This document shows positions 38,729 through 48,120 of a DNA stretch of 64,000 bases, in pieces. Numbering within the stretch: position 1 is the first letter of the stretch; each line of letters opens with the position of its first letter. Under the pieces are notes generated by a model. The model had not been told where the DNA came from. It saw only the letters and a program-made list of their open reading frames with translations, and made no database searches. The DNA comes from an uncultured Dehalococcoidia bacterium. Its GTDB lineage: Bacteria; Chloroflexota; Dehalococcoidia; Lucifugimonadales; UBA3495. A program made the translations under genes and the position numbers. The stretch covers positions 11,029-75,028 of the forward strand of contig OX638345.1 of assembly GCA_951813535.1 (NCBI GenBank), written 5' to 3'.

Positions 38729-39659
38729 GATGTATGTCCTTTTGAGTTATCGAGCAGTTGACCAACCGTCGCGACCGGCCGCATATCGCGGCAGGTTCGG
38801 CGTATGCCCTCGCCTGGACGCTGGTCGCAGGCAGGAGCGAGGGCACACGGGTTCGGGTTGGATGCGGCCTTATGGGGCCGCTTTGGGCGCTGTTTTATGG
38901 ATGGCGGATTGAATTCCCCGGAAATCACCGAGGAAGCAAAGCCCGTCTCGCCTTATGCGGCGGCTTGCACGACTTTCAATCCACGTCTGTGCGTATCGTT
39001 ATGGATGCGATTGTCCGGGCAGAATGGCTGGGCCAATCAATTGCCGGGTATCACCTCTGCACTTCGACCTCCTGTGGCGATAGCGGCGCAAGCGTGACGC
39101 TCTGCTGCGAGACGGGTAATGACGCCCGATCACGAAGATGGGTCCGCTCCGCATCACGACGCCAGGCAGTCGCGAACCAACGGGGCGAGTTTGCGCCGAT
39201 GTCGGCAGGCGCGAAAGCAGGGCCGCAGGGCCACCCGCTGCGGGCAGCCGTGAACGTTGGGGGCGGGCCGCTGCCTCAAATACCCCGCCGACCGGTCGGA
39301 ACGGTTATTCGCGCCGTCGCTCCCGGCGCGGGTTCAACCCGGGTCGGTCCCGCATCTTCCCGTCCCGATGCCCTGACGAAACAGCCCGGCGCGACGACCG
39401 GCGGACGGGTATGAGCCCTTCGGGACGGGGCGAGTGCCCCCATGGATGGATATGACGTTGCGTGTATGCATATTTTGCTCTTTATATTCTTTGATGACCA
39501 TTTCAATCCTCAGATGGTCGAAATTATGCCGTTAAGCGTACACCACCAAAATTGCTGCAACAAGGCAATTGCCCGCCAGCGGGTGTATTTTATGTGATGC
39601 TTTTGTGAAAAACTTGTGCACGACCATCATCGTTCCGGAGCCGCCTTTCCCGCGGACGA

Positions 39660-40046
39660 TCATGGCGTGATGGTGTCGGCTCAGAGCCCTGCCAACCGGA
39701 CCGCCACCCGGCAGGCCGGGACGCTGCCACCGATGCCCCAACAGATACCCGTTACTACATCTGCAACTATCCGGCGGACGCAGCTACCCTGCTGGCATCG
39801 GCCAGAAGCCATTGGGATATCGAGAACAGCCTGCACTGGGTGCTGGACGTGGCCTTCGACGAGGACCACAGCCGAGTGAGAACGGGCCACGCCGACCAGA
39901 ACCTGGCGGTGATCAGGCACTGGGCGCCGAACCTGCTCGAGCAGGAACGCACCGCCAAAGTAGGCATCAAAGCCAAACGCAATAACGCTGGGTGGGACCT
40001 CGATTGCCTCCTCGCAATCCTGTCCCAGTGAAATGCGATTGCCCTG
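39660..40046 (+). mobile_element. ISAs1-family transposase 3' remnant with right terminal repeat
   Basis: TRYYI...RSHWDIENSLHWVLDVAFDEDHSRVR, KAKR...W; end ATGCGATTGCCCTG at 40033-40046. Confidence 0.9.
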
Positions 40047-40246
40047 CCCCCCGGGGTTGGTTATTGCCCCAACCGGTGGCTCGTAAACCCCCTGACTAAC
40101 GTAGTGCATGTTGGGCGAAGCAATACGCGTCCCAAAGAGGTCGTCCGCTGCGGTGTCCTGACCGCAACCCCGGGATCGCCCACTGTGTCTGCGGCATGAT
40201 CCCTCTCCAAATCAACCTTCCCCGAATCAACCTTCTCCAATCAGTC

Positions 40247-40515
40247 ATGGCTAACCCGCAGACGGGCTGCTGGCTGCCACGTCTCCTCGTTGGCGAGGAC
40301 TCCTGCGAGTGGGCCATCCGCTTCAAGGCCCATTGCCAGGACTGAGACCGGCTTCCATCCGACTTCGACCGGGCCAAATGGATGCTCGACCACACCGCAC
40401 TGCTGAACAAGCGAATCACCAACTGGGTAGCCGGCGGTTGCGAATGCGACACCGAGGCCCGCAGGCTCGAAATCCACGGCAGGTCGGCAACCATTGTGGG
40501 TCGGCCGGACCCCAT
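40247..40515 (+). pseudogene. PD-(D/E)XK nuclease-like gene fragment with internal stop
   Basis: WLPRLLVGEDSCEWAIRFKAHCQD*DRLPSDFDRAKWMLDHTALL...IVGRPD, then loss of similarity; family call is from recollection. Confidence 0.45.
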
Positions 40516-40596
40516 CACCAGGCGGTACGGCGAAGCCGCCGGGTTTCCCGTCCATCGTGTCGTCTCCCCGGGGCGGAGCAGTGTTCGGTGGCCTGG

Positions 40597-41163
40597 TTAG
40601 GCGTGGGCCAACGCGCTCAAACCAATCAGCGCCAGGCCCACGACAATCAGGGCTATGTGCACCCCAACCAGCGTCCACCGGCCCGGCCCGAATGGATCGT
40701 CCAGGAACCGCGGCACCGGCGCCAGGCGGAACCAGAACCAGAGACCCAGGACTCCGCCCATGAGCACGCCAGCGGTGGTCATCAACCAGCCAACCCTGGA
40801 TACTCCCCAGTCTGGGGGCAGGGCCGTCAGGCAAATTGCAACCAGGCCGACGCCAACCAGGGTCGAGGGCAGCGCCAGACCGTAGCGCGCCGTCGGCCAG
40901 CGCAGGCTGGCGGTCAGCAAAACCGGCATCAACGCCCAGCCTGCCGCCAGGGAGACGCCTACGAAAGCCGGAGTGTTCAAGGTTGCGAACTGGAATCCCC
41001 AGATCAAACCGAGGGCAACCACACTGGTAGCCGCCAGCCTGATGACGCGGACCCCGAAACGGGTGTCTCGCGTCATCTCCACCGACGTTTGACCACGGAC
41101 CAGGGAAGTCATTTCGGTCATCATCGCGGTTCCCGCGTTGGTCAGGCCACGTACGCTAGACAT
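40597..41163 (-). CDS. Hypothetical membrane protein (~5 TM)
   Basis: GAGGAGG RBS; overlaps the radical SAM 3' end by 22 nt; hydrophobic helices. Confidence 0.75.
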   Translation of the reverse strand: MSSVRGLTNAGTAMMTEMTSLVRGQTSVEMTRDTRFGVRVIRLAATSVVALGLIWGFQFATLNTPAFVGVSLAAGWALMPVLLTASLRWPTARYGLALPSTLVGVGLVAICLTALPPDWGVSRVGWLMTTAGVLMGGVLGLWFWFRLAPVPRFLDDPFGPGRWTLVGVHIALIVVGLALIGLSALAHA

Positions 41164-42491
41164 CGTGCTGCCTCCTCGCGCCGGGGCTGCCGAGCCGTGC
41201 GCACGTGATCGCGAAAGGCGTTCCTGCGACCGGCTTTGGCCTCGGCGGTGTATAGCTGCGTTGCCAGTTCGATGAGGCCGCGCTCCAGGTCCTCAACCGA
41301 CATCTGACTGGGTTGGAAGTTGACGTCGAACAAGGTGCATTTCTCCCAACCCGTGGGGTCCAGCAACCTGCCTTCTCCGAGCAGCCGCGAGTACAGCGGG
41401 GTCCCGGGAAAGGGCGTCATGACGGTAATCTGGACTTCGCACAGTCCGCTGTCCTCGACGAAGTCGCGCACGGCCGGGAAGCACTCTTCAGTATCGCCGT
41501 CCATCCCCAGCACGAAGCAACCGTTGACGGCGATGCCGTGGGACTGGATGCGCCGGATGGCCTCCCGGTAATCATCGAGACGCTTTCGTTTCCAGTTGTT
41601 GTTCAATTCGACGCCATCCAGGCTTCCGGCGGTGGGGCTCTCGAAGCCGATCAGGACTTCCGCACAACCCGATTCGCGCATCAGGTCGAGGATCTCGGGA
41701 TCGTCGGCGACGGCGACATCGGTCTCGGTGAACCACTTGACGCCTTCGTCCGCCAGGGCCCGCAGCAGTTTCTTCGAATGGGCGCGGTTGACGAAAGAGT
41801 TGTCGTCGGCGAACTCGATGAAGGGGCGCGGCCAGATCTCCTTGATCGCCTGTATCTCCCGCATCACGTTTTCCACGGGCTTCAACTTGTACCGCTTGGT
41901 CATCAAGATGGAACTGGCGCAGAAGTTGCACCGCCACGGGCAGCCCCGCTGGGTCTGCACCGTAATCCGGTTGTATTCGTCGGGGCTCAGCAGGTTGAAC
42001 CGGGGCAGCGGAGACTCAGCCAGATCGAACTCCTGCCCGTCGGCACGGTAGATGCCGCCCAGGCAGCCGTTCTGAAAGTCCTCCAGCACCCGGTGCCAGG
42101 TCAACTCGGCCTCGCCAACCACCACCGCGTCGCAGTGACGGATCGCCTCGTTGGGAAGGGCGGTGGCGTGGTGGCCGCCGATGACCGTTTTGATGCCCGC
42201 CTCGCAGTACCGATCAGCCAGAGCATATGCGTCCTTGACCTGGGCGGTGAACGTCGAGATGGCGGCCAGATCGCAGTCCGGCAGCCGGCCCAGCTTCCTG
42301 ATGTCGGGCACCTGGTGGTACTCGATCTCAAAGCATTCCGGCGTCATTCCCGCCAGGGTGAGCAGTGACAGGCTGGGCAGGGAGGCGATCACCTCCCCGC
42401 GCTCCATGAAGCCCGGCATGGTCATTCCCAACGCGGTGAGTTCCTCGTTGTAGGCGCGCACGCCGCTCATGGCAATCAGTGCAATCTTCAT
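41142..42491 (-). CDS. Cobalamin-binding radical SAM protein
   Basis: N-terminal B12-binding Rossmann domain (ISTFT, VIGGHHAT, VVVGEAE), RGCPWRCNFC CxxxCxxC, FADDN, GCFVLG, TPFPGTPLY. Confidence 0.92.
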   Translation of the reverse strand: MKIALIAMSGVRAYNEELTALGMTMPGFMERGEVIASLPSLSLLTLAGMTPECFEIEYHQVPDIRKLGRLPDCDLAAISTFTAQVKDAYALADRYCEAGIKTVIGGHHATALPNEAIRHCDAVVVGEAELTWHRVLEDFQNGCLGGIYRADGQEFDLAESPLPRFNLLSPDEYNRITVQTQRGCPWRCNFCASSILMTKRYKLKPVENVMREIQAIKEIWPRPFIEFADDNSFVNRAHSKKLLRALADEGVKWFTETDVAVADDPEILDLMRESGCAEVLIGFESPTAGSLDGVELNNNWKRKRLDDYREAIRRIQSHGIAVNGCFVLGMDGDTEECFPAVRDFVEDSGLCEVQITVMTPFPGTPLYSRLLGEGRLLDPTGWEKCTLFDVNFQPSQMSVEDLERGLIELATQLYTAEAKAGRRNAFRDHVRTARQPRREEAARCLAYVA

Positions 42492-42741
42492 CGTTCTGTC
42501 TCCTCTGGCTCAACCCTGGCGTTACGACGCGGCGTCGCAGCCATTCCGCATATTTGGTGTAGTCGTTATGGTTGAGCCTTTGCTTAATCAAATGGTATGG
42601 TCAAATATCTGACATATCCATAACGGTTCAGGGTATAGTTATGACGTTTACATGACAATTCTAGTGGCAGGTTTTTCGCGTCCCGACTGGATCCCGAAGG
42701 CCGGCCCGATTGCGCTTGTCGAGCAGTTCACGGAGGCGAGG

Positions 42742-45141
42742 ATGGGCACCACAAACGAACCGGCGACCCCAGGAATGCAGGCGATGCAGCACCGCCTGAC
42801 CAAGTTGAGCGAGGCGAGCCTGCGCATCAACGAGGACCTGGACTACCACAGCGTGCTGGAAGAGGTGACCAACAGCGCGCGCATCCTCACGGACGCGAGG
42901 TACGGCGCAACCACGGTCCTCGACCAGGCCAACCGTCTGGAGGAGTTCGTCACCTCGGGCCTGACTCCGGAAGAACACCGTCATCTGGCAGCGTTGCCCG
43001 AAAGCGCGCAATTCTTCAGTTACCTGAACGATTTCCCCGGTCCGCTCCGGATCGGCGACGTGGCATCGTACGTGGCCTCGCTGGGCATGGCGGAGTGGAC
43101 TCCTCCCGTGGCCGTCGCCTCTCTGCTGGTTGCTCCCATCCGCAACAAAGGCGTGCGCCTGGGTTCCATCTACGTGACGAAAGGTGAAACGGGCAGCGAG
43201 TTCACCCGCGAGGACGAGGACACCCTGGTGATGTTCGCGTCCCAGGCAGCGCTGGTCATCGCCAACGCCAGGAGGTACCGGGACGAGCAGCGGGCGAGGT
43301 CCGACCTGGAGGTCCTGGTAAGCATATGCCCGGTGGGCGTGGTGGTCTTCGACGCGAAATCAGGGGCGCCGGTGTCGTACAACCGCGAGACGCTCCGGAT
43401 AGTGGAGAGCATCCGGCCGCCCGACCAACCCGTCGAGCAGATGATGGACATTTTGAGCATCCGGCGGATTGATGGGCGCGAGGTCTCCCTGGAGAAATTC
43501 CCGTTGGCGCACCGTCTGAGCACCTACACCGCGCTGCGGGCCGAGGAGATCGTGCTGAAGGCGCCCGGCGGCAGGTCGGTCACGGTGCTGGTCAACGCTA
43601 CGGCCATCTATTCGGAGGATGGAAACGAGATGGAGTCGGTGGTTGTGACCCTTCAGGACATGACGCCCCTGGAGGACCTGGAAAGGCTACGGGCCGAATT
43701 CCTGGGTTTGGTCAGCTACGAACTGCGGACCCCGCTGGCCTCCATCAAGGGTTCGGCCGCAACACTGTTGGACGAGTCGGCAGACCTGAACCCCGCCGAG
43801 ACTCGACAGTTCCACACCATCATCAACGACCAGGCCGACCGGATGCGCAGGATGATCAGCGACCTGCTGGACACGGCTCATATCGAGTCCGGCACCCTTT
43901 CGGTGAACCCCGAGCCTTCGGACGTTGGGACTCTGGTGGAGCAGGCTGGAGTGTCGTTCGCCAGGGGTGGGGGCCGGAACGACCCGCAGGTGGACCTGCC
44001 GGCAGAACTCCCCGCCGTGATGGCCGACCGGGCGCGCATCATCCAGGTGATCAGCAACCTTCTGTCCAACGCAACCAGAAACGCGCGAGGGTCATCCGTC
44101 ATCAGGGTGAGAGCCGAGCATGATGGTTTATACGTCGCGGTTTCGGTGGAGGCCGAAGGGTGGGCGCTGCCGCCCGACCAACTGCCCAATCTGTTCCGGA
44201 AATACTCGCGTATCGATGGCGGCATGGTCGAACGGGACATCGCCGGGTACGGCCTCGGATTGTCCATCTGCAAGGGTATCGTCGAAGCCCACGGCGGCAG
44301 GATCTGGGCGGAAAGCGAAGGCCCGGACCGGGGCGTCCGGTTCACCTTCACGATCCCGGTCGTCGAACAATCCGTCCCGGAAGATCCGGTTCAATCTGAC
44401 CGGCCAACTGGCCGGTCGCGGCCCGGTGAAGCTGGCCCGGCGCGCATCCTCGTGGTGGAGGATGATCCCCAGACGCTGCGACACATGCGCGAGGTCCTTT
44501 CCAGGGTAGGTTACCCAACGATACTTGCCACGGATCCCGACGAGGCGCTTCGCCTGACGGAGTCGGAAAACCCCCAACTGGTGCTTTTGGAATTGGCGCT
44601 GCCCGGCGTCGACGGGTTTGAGCTGATGCAGGACATCCTTGACGTGGCCGACGTTCCGGTCATCTGCCTTTCCACCCACGGAAGAGACCAGGACGTCGAG
44701 CGGGCCCTTGACCTGGGCGCTGCGGACTACATGGTCAAGCCTTTCTCGCCCACGGAGCTGACGGCGCGGATCCGGGCCACGCTTCGCAAGGCGGCCGCGG
44801 CTGACCCTGGCGATGAGGCGTCGCCATTTGTCCAGGGAGACCTGACCATCGACTATGCCCAGCGCCGGGTGGAAATCGCGGGTCAGCCCGTCCATCTGAC
44901 CCCCATCGAATACGAAATGCTCCGCGTCCTGTCGCTGAACGGCGGGCGGGCGCTGACCCACGAGCAGTTGTTGCGGCGCGTCTGGCGCGTGACCAGCTCC
45001 GGTGATCCCCAGGTGGTTCGCACCCATATGCGCCGGCTCCGGCGCAAGCTGGGCGACGACGCGGACCGCCCGAGGTATATCTTCACCGAGCCGAGGGTCG
45101 GTTACCGCATGCCGGCGTCGAGCGCCGCGCACGGAGGCTAG
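42742..45141 (+). CDS. GAF-PAS-HisKA-HATPase-REC-winged-HTH fusion with substituted phosphotransfer residues
   Basis: VSYELRTPL (H-box), SNLLSNA, GYGLGLSICKGIVEAHGG, ILVVEDD...LLELALP...YMVKPF, OmpR-type C-terminus YIFTEPRVGY; GGAGG RBS before ATG 42742. Confidence 0.9.
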   Translation: MGTTNEPATPGMQAMQHRLTKLSEASLRINEDLDYHSVLEEVTNSARILTDARYGATTVLDQANRLEEFVTSGLTPEEHRHLAALPESAQFFSYLNDFPGPLRIGDVASYVASLGMAEWTPPVAVASLLVAPIRNKGVRLGSIYVTKGETGSEFTREDEDTLVMFASQAALVIANARRYRDEQRARSDLEVLVSICPVGVVVFDAKSGAPVSYNRETLRIVESIRPPDQPVEQMMDILSIRRIDGREVSLEKFPLAHRLSTYTALRAEEIVLKAPGGRSVTVLVNATAIYSEDGNEMESVVVTLQDMTPLEDLERLRAEFLGLVSYELRTPLASIKGSAATLLDESADLNPAETRQFHTIINDQADRMRRMISDLLDTAHIESGTLSVNPEPSDVGTLVEQAGVSFARGGGRNDPQVDLPAELPAVMADRARIIQVISNLLSNATRNARGSSVIRVRAEHDGLYVAVSVEAEGWALPPDQLPNLFRKYSRIDGGMVERDIAGYGLGLSICKGIVEAHGGRIWAESEGPDRGVRFTFTIPVVEQSVPEDPVQSDRPTGRSRPGEAGPARILVVEDDPQTLRHMREVLSRVGYPTILATDPDEALRLTESENPQLVLLELALPGVDGFELMQDILDVADVPVICLSTHGRDQDVERALDLGAADYMVKPFSPTELTARIRATLRKAAAADPGDEASPFVQGDLTIDYAQRRVEIAGQPVHLTPIEYEMLRVLSLNGGRALTHEQLLRRVWRVTSSGDPQVVRTHMRRLRRKLGDDADRPRYIFTEPRVGYRMPASSAAHGG

Positions 45142-45353
45142 CTCTCCAAAGGCGGTATAGGGAGGAACGCTGACGGCGGGGCGCAGCATCACGTAGACCT
45201 GTTGGCCCGCTCGGTGCGCGTGGCGCATCCGCCCGGTCAGTGGTTGAAGCACCGCAGATGCAACGGTTGGCGGACCGTGGCCGGCTTTGCCGTGGATGGC
45301 GCGGACGGTAGCCCGACCGGCCATCGGGCGAGCGGCCACCGAGGCGGCGCTAC

Positions 45354-45476
45354 GGGCGTCTGGAGAAGGGACGGCTGGCGTCCTACCGGGTGAACCAGGA
45401 CAGCGGGGAACTGGAGCCGCTGGAGGTATATGACATCGGGCGGGAGCCGATGTGGGTGCTGATCATCGACCTGTGA
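45354..45476 (+). pseudogene. 3' remnant of a 6-phosphogluconolactonase-type beta-propeller gene
   Basis: LEKGRLASYRVNQDSGELEPLEVYDIGREPMWVLIIDL*; no upstream homologous sequence. Confidence 0.55.
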
Positions 45477-45547
45477 CGGCGCATGGCCGGATGTCTGGGC
45501 TGGATGGTAGTATGGAAGGGCGGTCGACGCGGCCGCCCTTTGGTCGT

Positions 45548-45622
45548 GGGCGCGTAGCTCAGTGGGAGAGCACCTGCTTTGCAAGCAGGGGGTCACGGGT
45601 TCGAATCCCGTAGCCTCCACCA
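45548..45622 (+). tRNA. tRNA-Ala(TGC) with two acceptor-stem mismatches
   Basis: D arm GCTC/GAGC, anticodon stem CCTGC/GCAGG with TGC, T arm ACGGG-TTCGAAT-CCCGT, G3:U70, A73, encoded CCA; extended -10 TGGTAGTAT upstream. Confidence 0.95.
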
Positions 45623-45847
45623 AATCGCGCATGATGTGGCTCTCGCCCCGAGAATGTCGGGGATGACTAGCCAACATTTATTGTGCGAACCGAGACCGGA
45701 GCCGTTACGGTAGGTTTCTCTTTGACCGCACTGAAGCTGCGAGTATGATTCTCTCGCAGGTCATGGGGTTTTCCGGTACACTGTGACCACGCCTAGACGG
45801 TCTAGATCCGATTCAAGGGCACTGACACCGCACACCGCGAGGCGCCC

Positions 45848-46003
45848 ATGCTGTATCTAGCTATTCTTCTTACCATCGTCTCCGCCATCCTCTTCGCCGC
45901 CGGATTCGGGCTCGCCGGGTACGTCATCACTACCAAGATCCGCGAGTCCCGCCGGGATTCCGGTTCCAACTCCAGGCCGGCTGACAATCCCTCAGTCCTG
46001 TGA
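45848..46003 (+). CDS. Small single-TM protein (51 aa), missed by the ORF track
   Basis: GAGG RBS; MLYLAILLTIVSAILFAAGFGLAGYVITTKIRESRR...; TGA overlaps the next GTG (GTGA). Confidence 0.55.
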   Translation: MLYLAILLTIVSAILFAAGFGLAGYVITTKIRESRRDSGSNSRPADNPSVL

Positions 46004-46212
46004 GGTGGTTCGTCCTATTCTCGGGGGTTTTCATCCTCGGGGGACTGACTGTCGCGGGATTCGCCACGATGCTGTGGCTGGCCCAGTCTACCGATCCAGG
46101 CCTCACCCCAGCCCAGGCGGAGCTATTGGAAACCGCCCGCTGGCTAACCCAGAACGGCGCCATCATGCTTGGCGCCTTCTTTTTCGGCTGGCTGGCCGGA
46201 CAAGTTCGATAG
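46000..46212 (+). CDS. Small two-TM protein (70 aa)
   Basis: Two hydrophobic helices; 4-nt coupling to the upstream ORF. Confidence 0.6.
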   Translation: MRWFVLFSGVFILGGLTVAGFATMLWLAQSTDPGLTPAQAELLETARWLTQNGAIMLGAFFFGWLAGQVR

Positions 46213-46603
46213 CACAAGTTTGCTCCAGAACCGAAACTTTGCGAACCACGTTTGCGTGTCGACGCATGATGTCGCCCGTGCGCCATGAATGTCAGGATTG
46301 ACTGGCCGATGTCCGGGTTCTGACGCGGGGGATGGTATGGTATCTACGATGCCTGGGCTCGGCCGAAACGAGCGCTGGTCATGCAACTGCACGGCTTGGG
46401 CGATGGAATCCGGTCACAGGTGGGGCGAATTGGTTTTACGTGGCCTTGCAAGAACCGCTCGGCGATTTTTGTAATCGCGGTGTCTTGGGGACTCCTGAAC
46501 GAACGGCGTAACATAACATTATTATGCGAACCAGGACCTGCAACAACAGAGCTGGGTTCCACGCCTCAATTGCGTCTAAAGTTCTTCGAACAAGGTGAGT
46601 TTT

Positions 46604-48013
46604 ATGTCGAAAATACGGGTTCAGCCGTTAGACTTGGACATCCCAAAAGGGGATCCTTTTGCCAACGATAGTCTCGATCGCAGAGAAGCAATTGAGACGT
46701 TGACACGGACCCTAAGCAACATAGAGGGCCCTTGCATCATAGGAGTGGACGCACCCTGGGGGGCTGGGAAAACGACGTTTGTCAAGATGTGGGCCAGTTA
46801 TCTCAGATCGCAGGACTTCACGGTCGTTCAATTTAGTGCCTGGGAAACCGACTATTCTGGCGATCCTTTCGTCGCGCTGTCTGGTGAGATCATCTCCGAG
46901 TTCAAGAACAGCGATAATTCACGTATCAAAACAGCGGGCGCAGCCGTAGCGGTTGAAGCCGGCCGATTAGTGAAACAGAACTTGCCGCTACTCATACGGA
47001 CTGTCGGGTCTGCTGCACCCGTCGTCGGCCCGTCGGCTGGCGCCGTACTTGGTAACCTAGCAGAGAATTTGATTGCGCAGCACGACAAGTCTCGCAATTC
47101 CATCCGTGCTTTCCGCGACCGTCTCGAAAAGATTGCTGGTGACCTAGCGGGAAGTGACGAGAACCTGCCGATGATCGTGATCATAGACGAACTTGACCGA
47201 TGCCGTCCGTCCTACGCGGTTGAGCTTCTAGAAACGGCGAAGCACATTTTCAGCGTCAACAACGTTGTTTTTGTGCTGTCCACTCACCGGGAACAACTGG
47301 CACATGCTTTAACGGCTATCTACGGCGATCGATTTGACGCCGGTGGTTATCTTGGCAGGTTTTTCGATATAGATTTTCGCCTTCCTGAAGTGGATCGACA
47401 AAAATTCATTCAAGCTGCACTGAGTTCCACGCAACTTTCCGAACGGTATAAGCAACAACGCAGTCTGCAGGTGTTGGCGAAATTCTTGAATAATTCTGGC
47501 CTCTCCCTCAGAGACATCGCTAGGGCCATCAACCACTTAGCTTTGGTAGTCGCGTCTATGAACGTTGACAGCGAACGGTTTCTGCTCGAAGCCGAGATAG
47601 CTGCTACGCTGATGGTTCTTAGGGCGATTGACTACCCTACTTACAGACGGTTCGTCGAAGGCTCTGCGACCCACCAGCAAGTCATCCAGCAAGTGTTCGT
47701 CAACTTACGTAAGGATACCTTGCGAACCACCACCGAGGGAGCGTTCTATCAAGCCGTGATATTCTTGGCGAACCGAGAGATGACCGGCGACACCACGCCA
47801 CTGTGGGAGGCGGTGGTTCAAACTCTAACGGACGACAACACTTACGGTATCATGGCTGACGATTTGACAGTGCGTGCGCAATTCGAACAATACGTTAAAC
47901 GTTTCGGATCGTCGGAAGTGCCGTATTTTCGCGTCGATTACTCAGGGATTGTGCGTACGATCGAATTGTTTTCACAGGAGAGGTTGGTTGGGGTTGTTCC
48001 GTTGGGGGTTTGA
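46604..48013 (+). CDS. KAP family P-loop NTPase (no TM insert)
   Basis: D-x-LDR, GVDAPWGAGKTT Walker A, FSAWETDY, IIDELDRC-x-P Walker B, YLGRFFD; AT-richer than the flanks. Confidence 0.92.
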   Translation: MSKIRVQPLDLDIPKGDPFANDSLDRREAIETLTRTLSNIEGPCIIGVDAPWGAGKTTFVKMWASYLRSQDFTVVQFSAWETDYSGDPFVALSGEIISEFKNSDNSRIKTAGAAVAVEAGRLVKQNLPLLIRTVGSAAPVVGPSAGAVLGNLAENLIAQHDKSRNSIRAFRDRLEKIAGDLAGSDENLPMIVIIDELDRCRPSYAVELLETAKHIFSVNNVVFVLSTHREQLAHALTAIYGDRFDAGGYLGRFFDIDFRLPEVDRQKFIQAALSSTQLSERYKQQRSLQVLAKFLNNSGLSLRDIARAINHLALVVASMNVDSERFLLEAEIAATLMVLRAIDYPTYRRFVEGSATHQQVIQQVFVNLRKDTLRTTTEGAFYQAVIFLANREMTGDTTPLWEAVVQTLTDDNTYGIMADDLTVRAQFEQYVKRFGSSEVPYFRVDYSGIVRTIELFSQERLVGVVPLGV

Positions 48014-48120
48014 TCGCAATGCTTCGCGTCTTTCGGCTCGCTCGTTAAGTGATTAACCCTGTTAAATTGGCTGATCCACCACCATGCGCAACCTGATCCG
48101 ATAGCGATCCCAATACCCGC

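Noticed and set aside
39371-39386. Hammerhead-like CTGACGA motif (also CTGATGA near 54441)
   Set aside because: No stem II/GAAA arrangement or flanking helices to complete the core
38758-39414. 218-aa ORF upstream of the adhesin
   Set aside because: Low-complexity Arg/Gly/Ala/Pro composition, no RBS or motif; treated as non-coding
40247-40600. Second apparent CxxU selenoprotein (…AHCQD-TGA-DRLP…, in frame with ORF 40382)
   Set aside because: Context resembles a decayed PD-(D/E)XK nuclease fragment rather than a thioredoxin fold, no clear SECIS hairpin follows, and the gene is truncated beside an ISAs1 remnant. A nonsense mutation (e.g. TGG>TGA) is more likely.
44128-45339. Long antisense/alternative-frame ORFs (e.g. 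461-1393, 5086-6819, 10959-12626, 27838-29112, 35036-36415, 44128-45339, 58010-59233)
   Set aside because: Shadow ORFs typical of high-GC coding DNA; they overlap motif-supported genes and carry no motifs of their own
48072-48081. TCCACCA as the attR copy of the tRNA 3' end
   Set aside because: Match is only 7 nt, and the preceding bases fit neither acceptor-stem version
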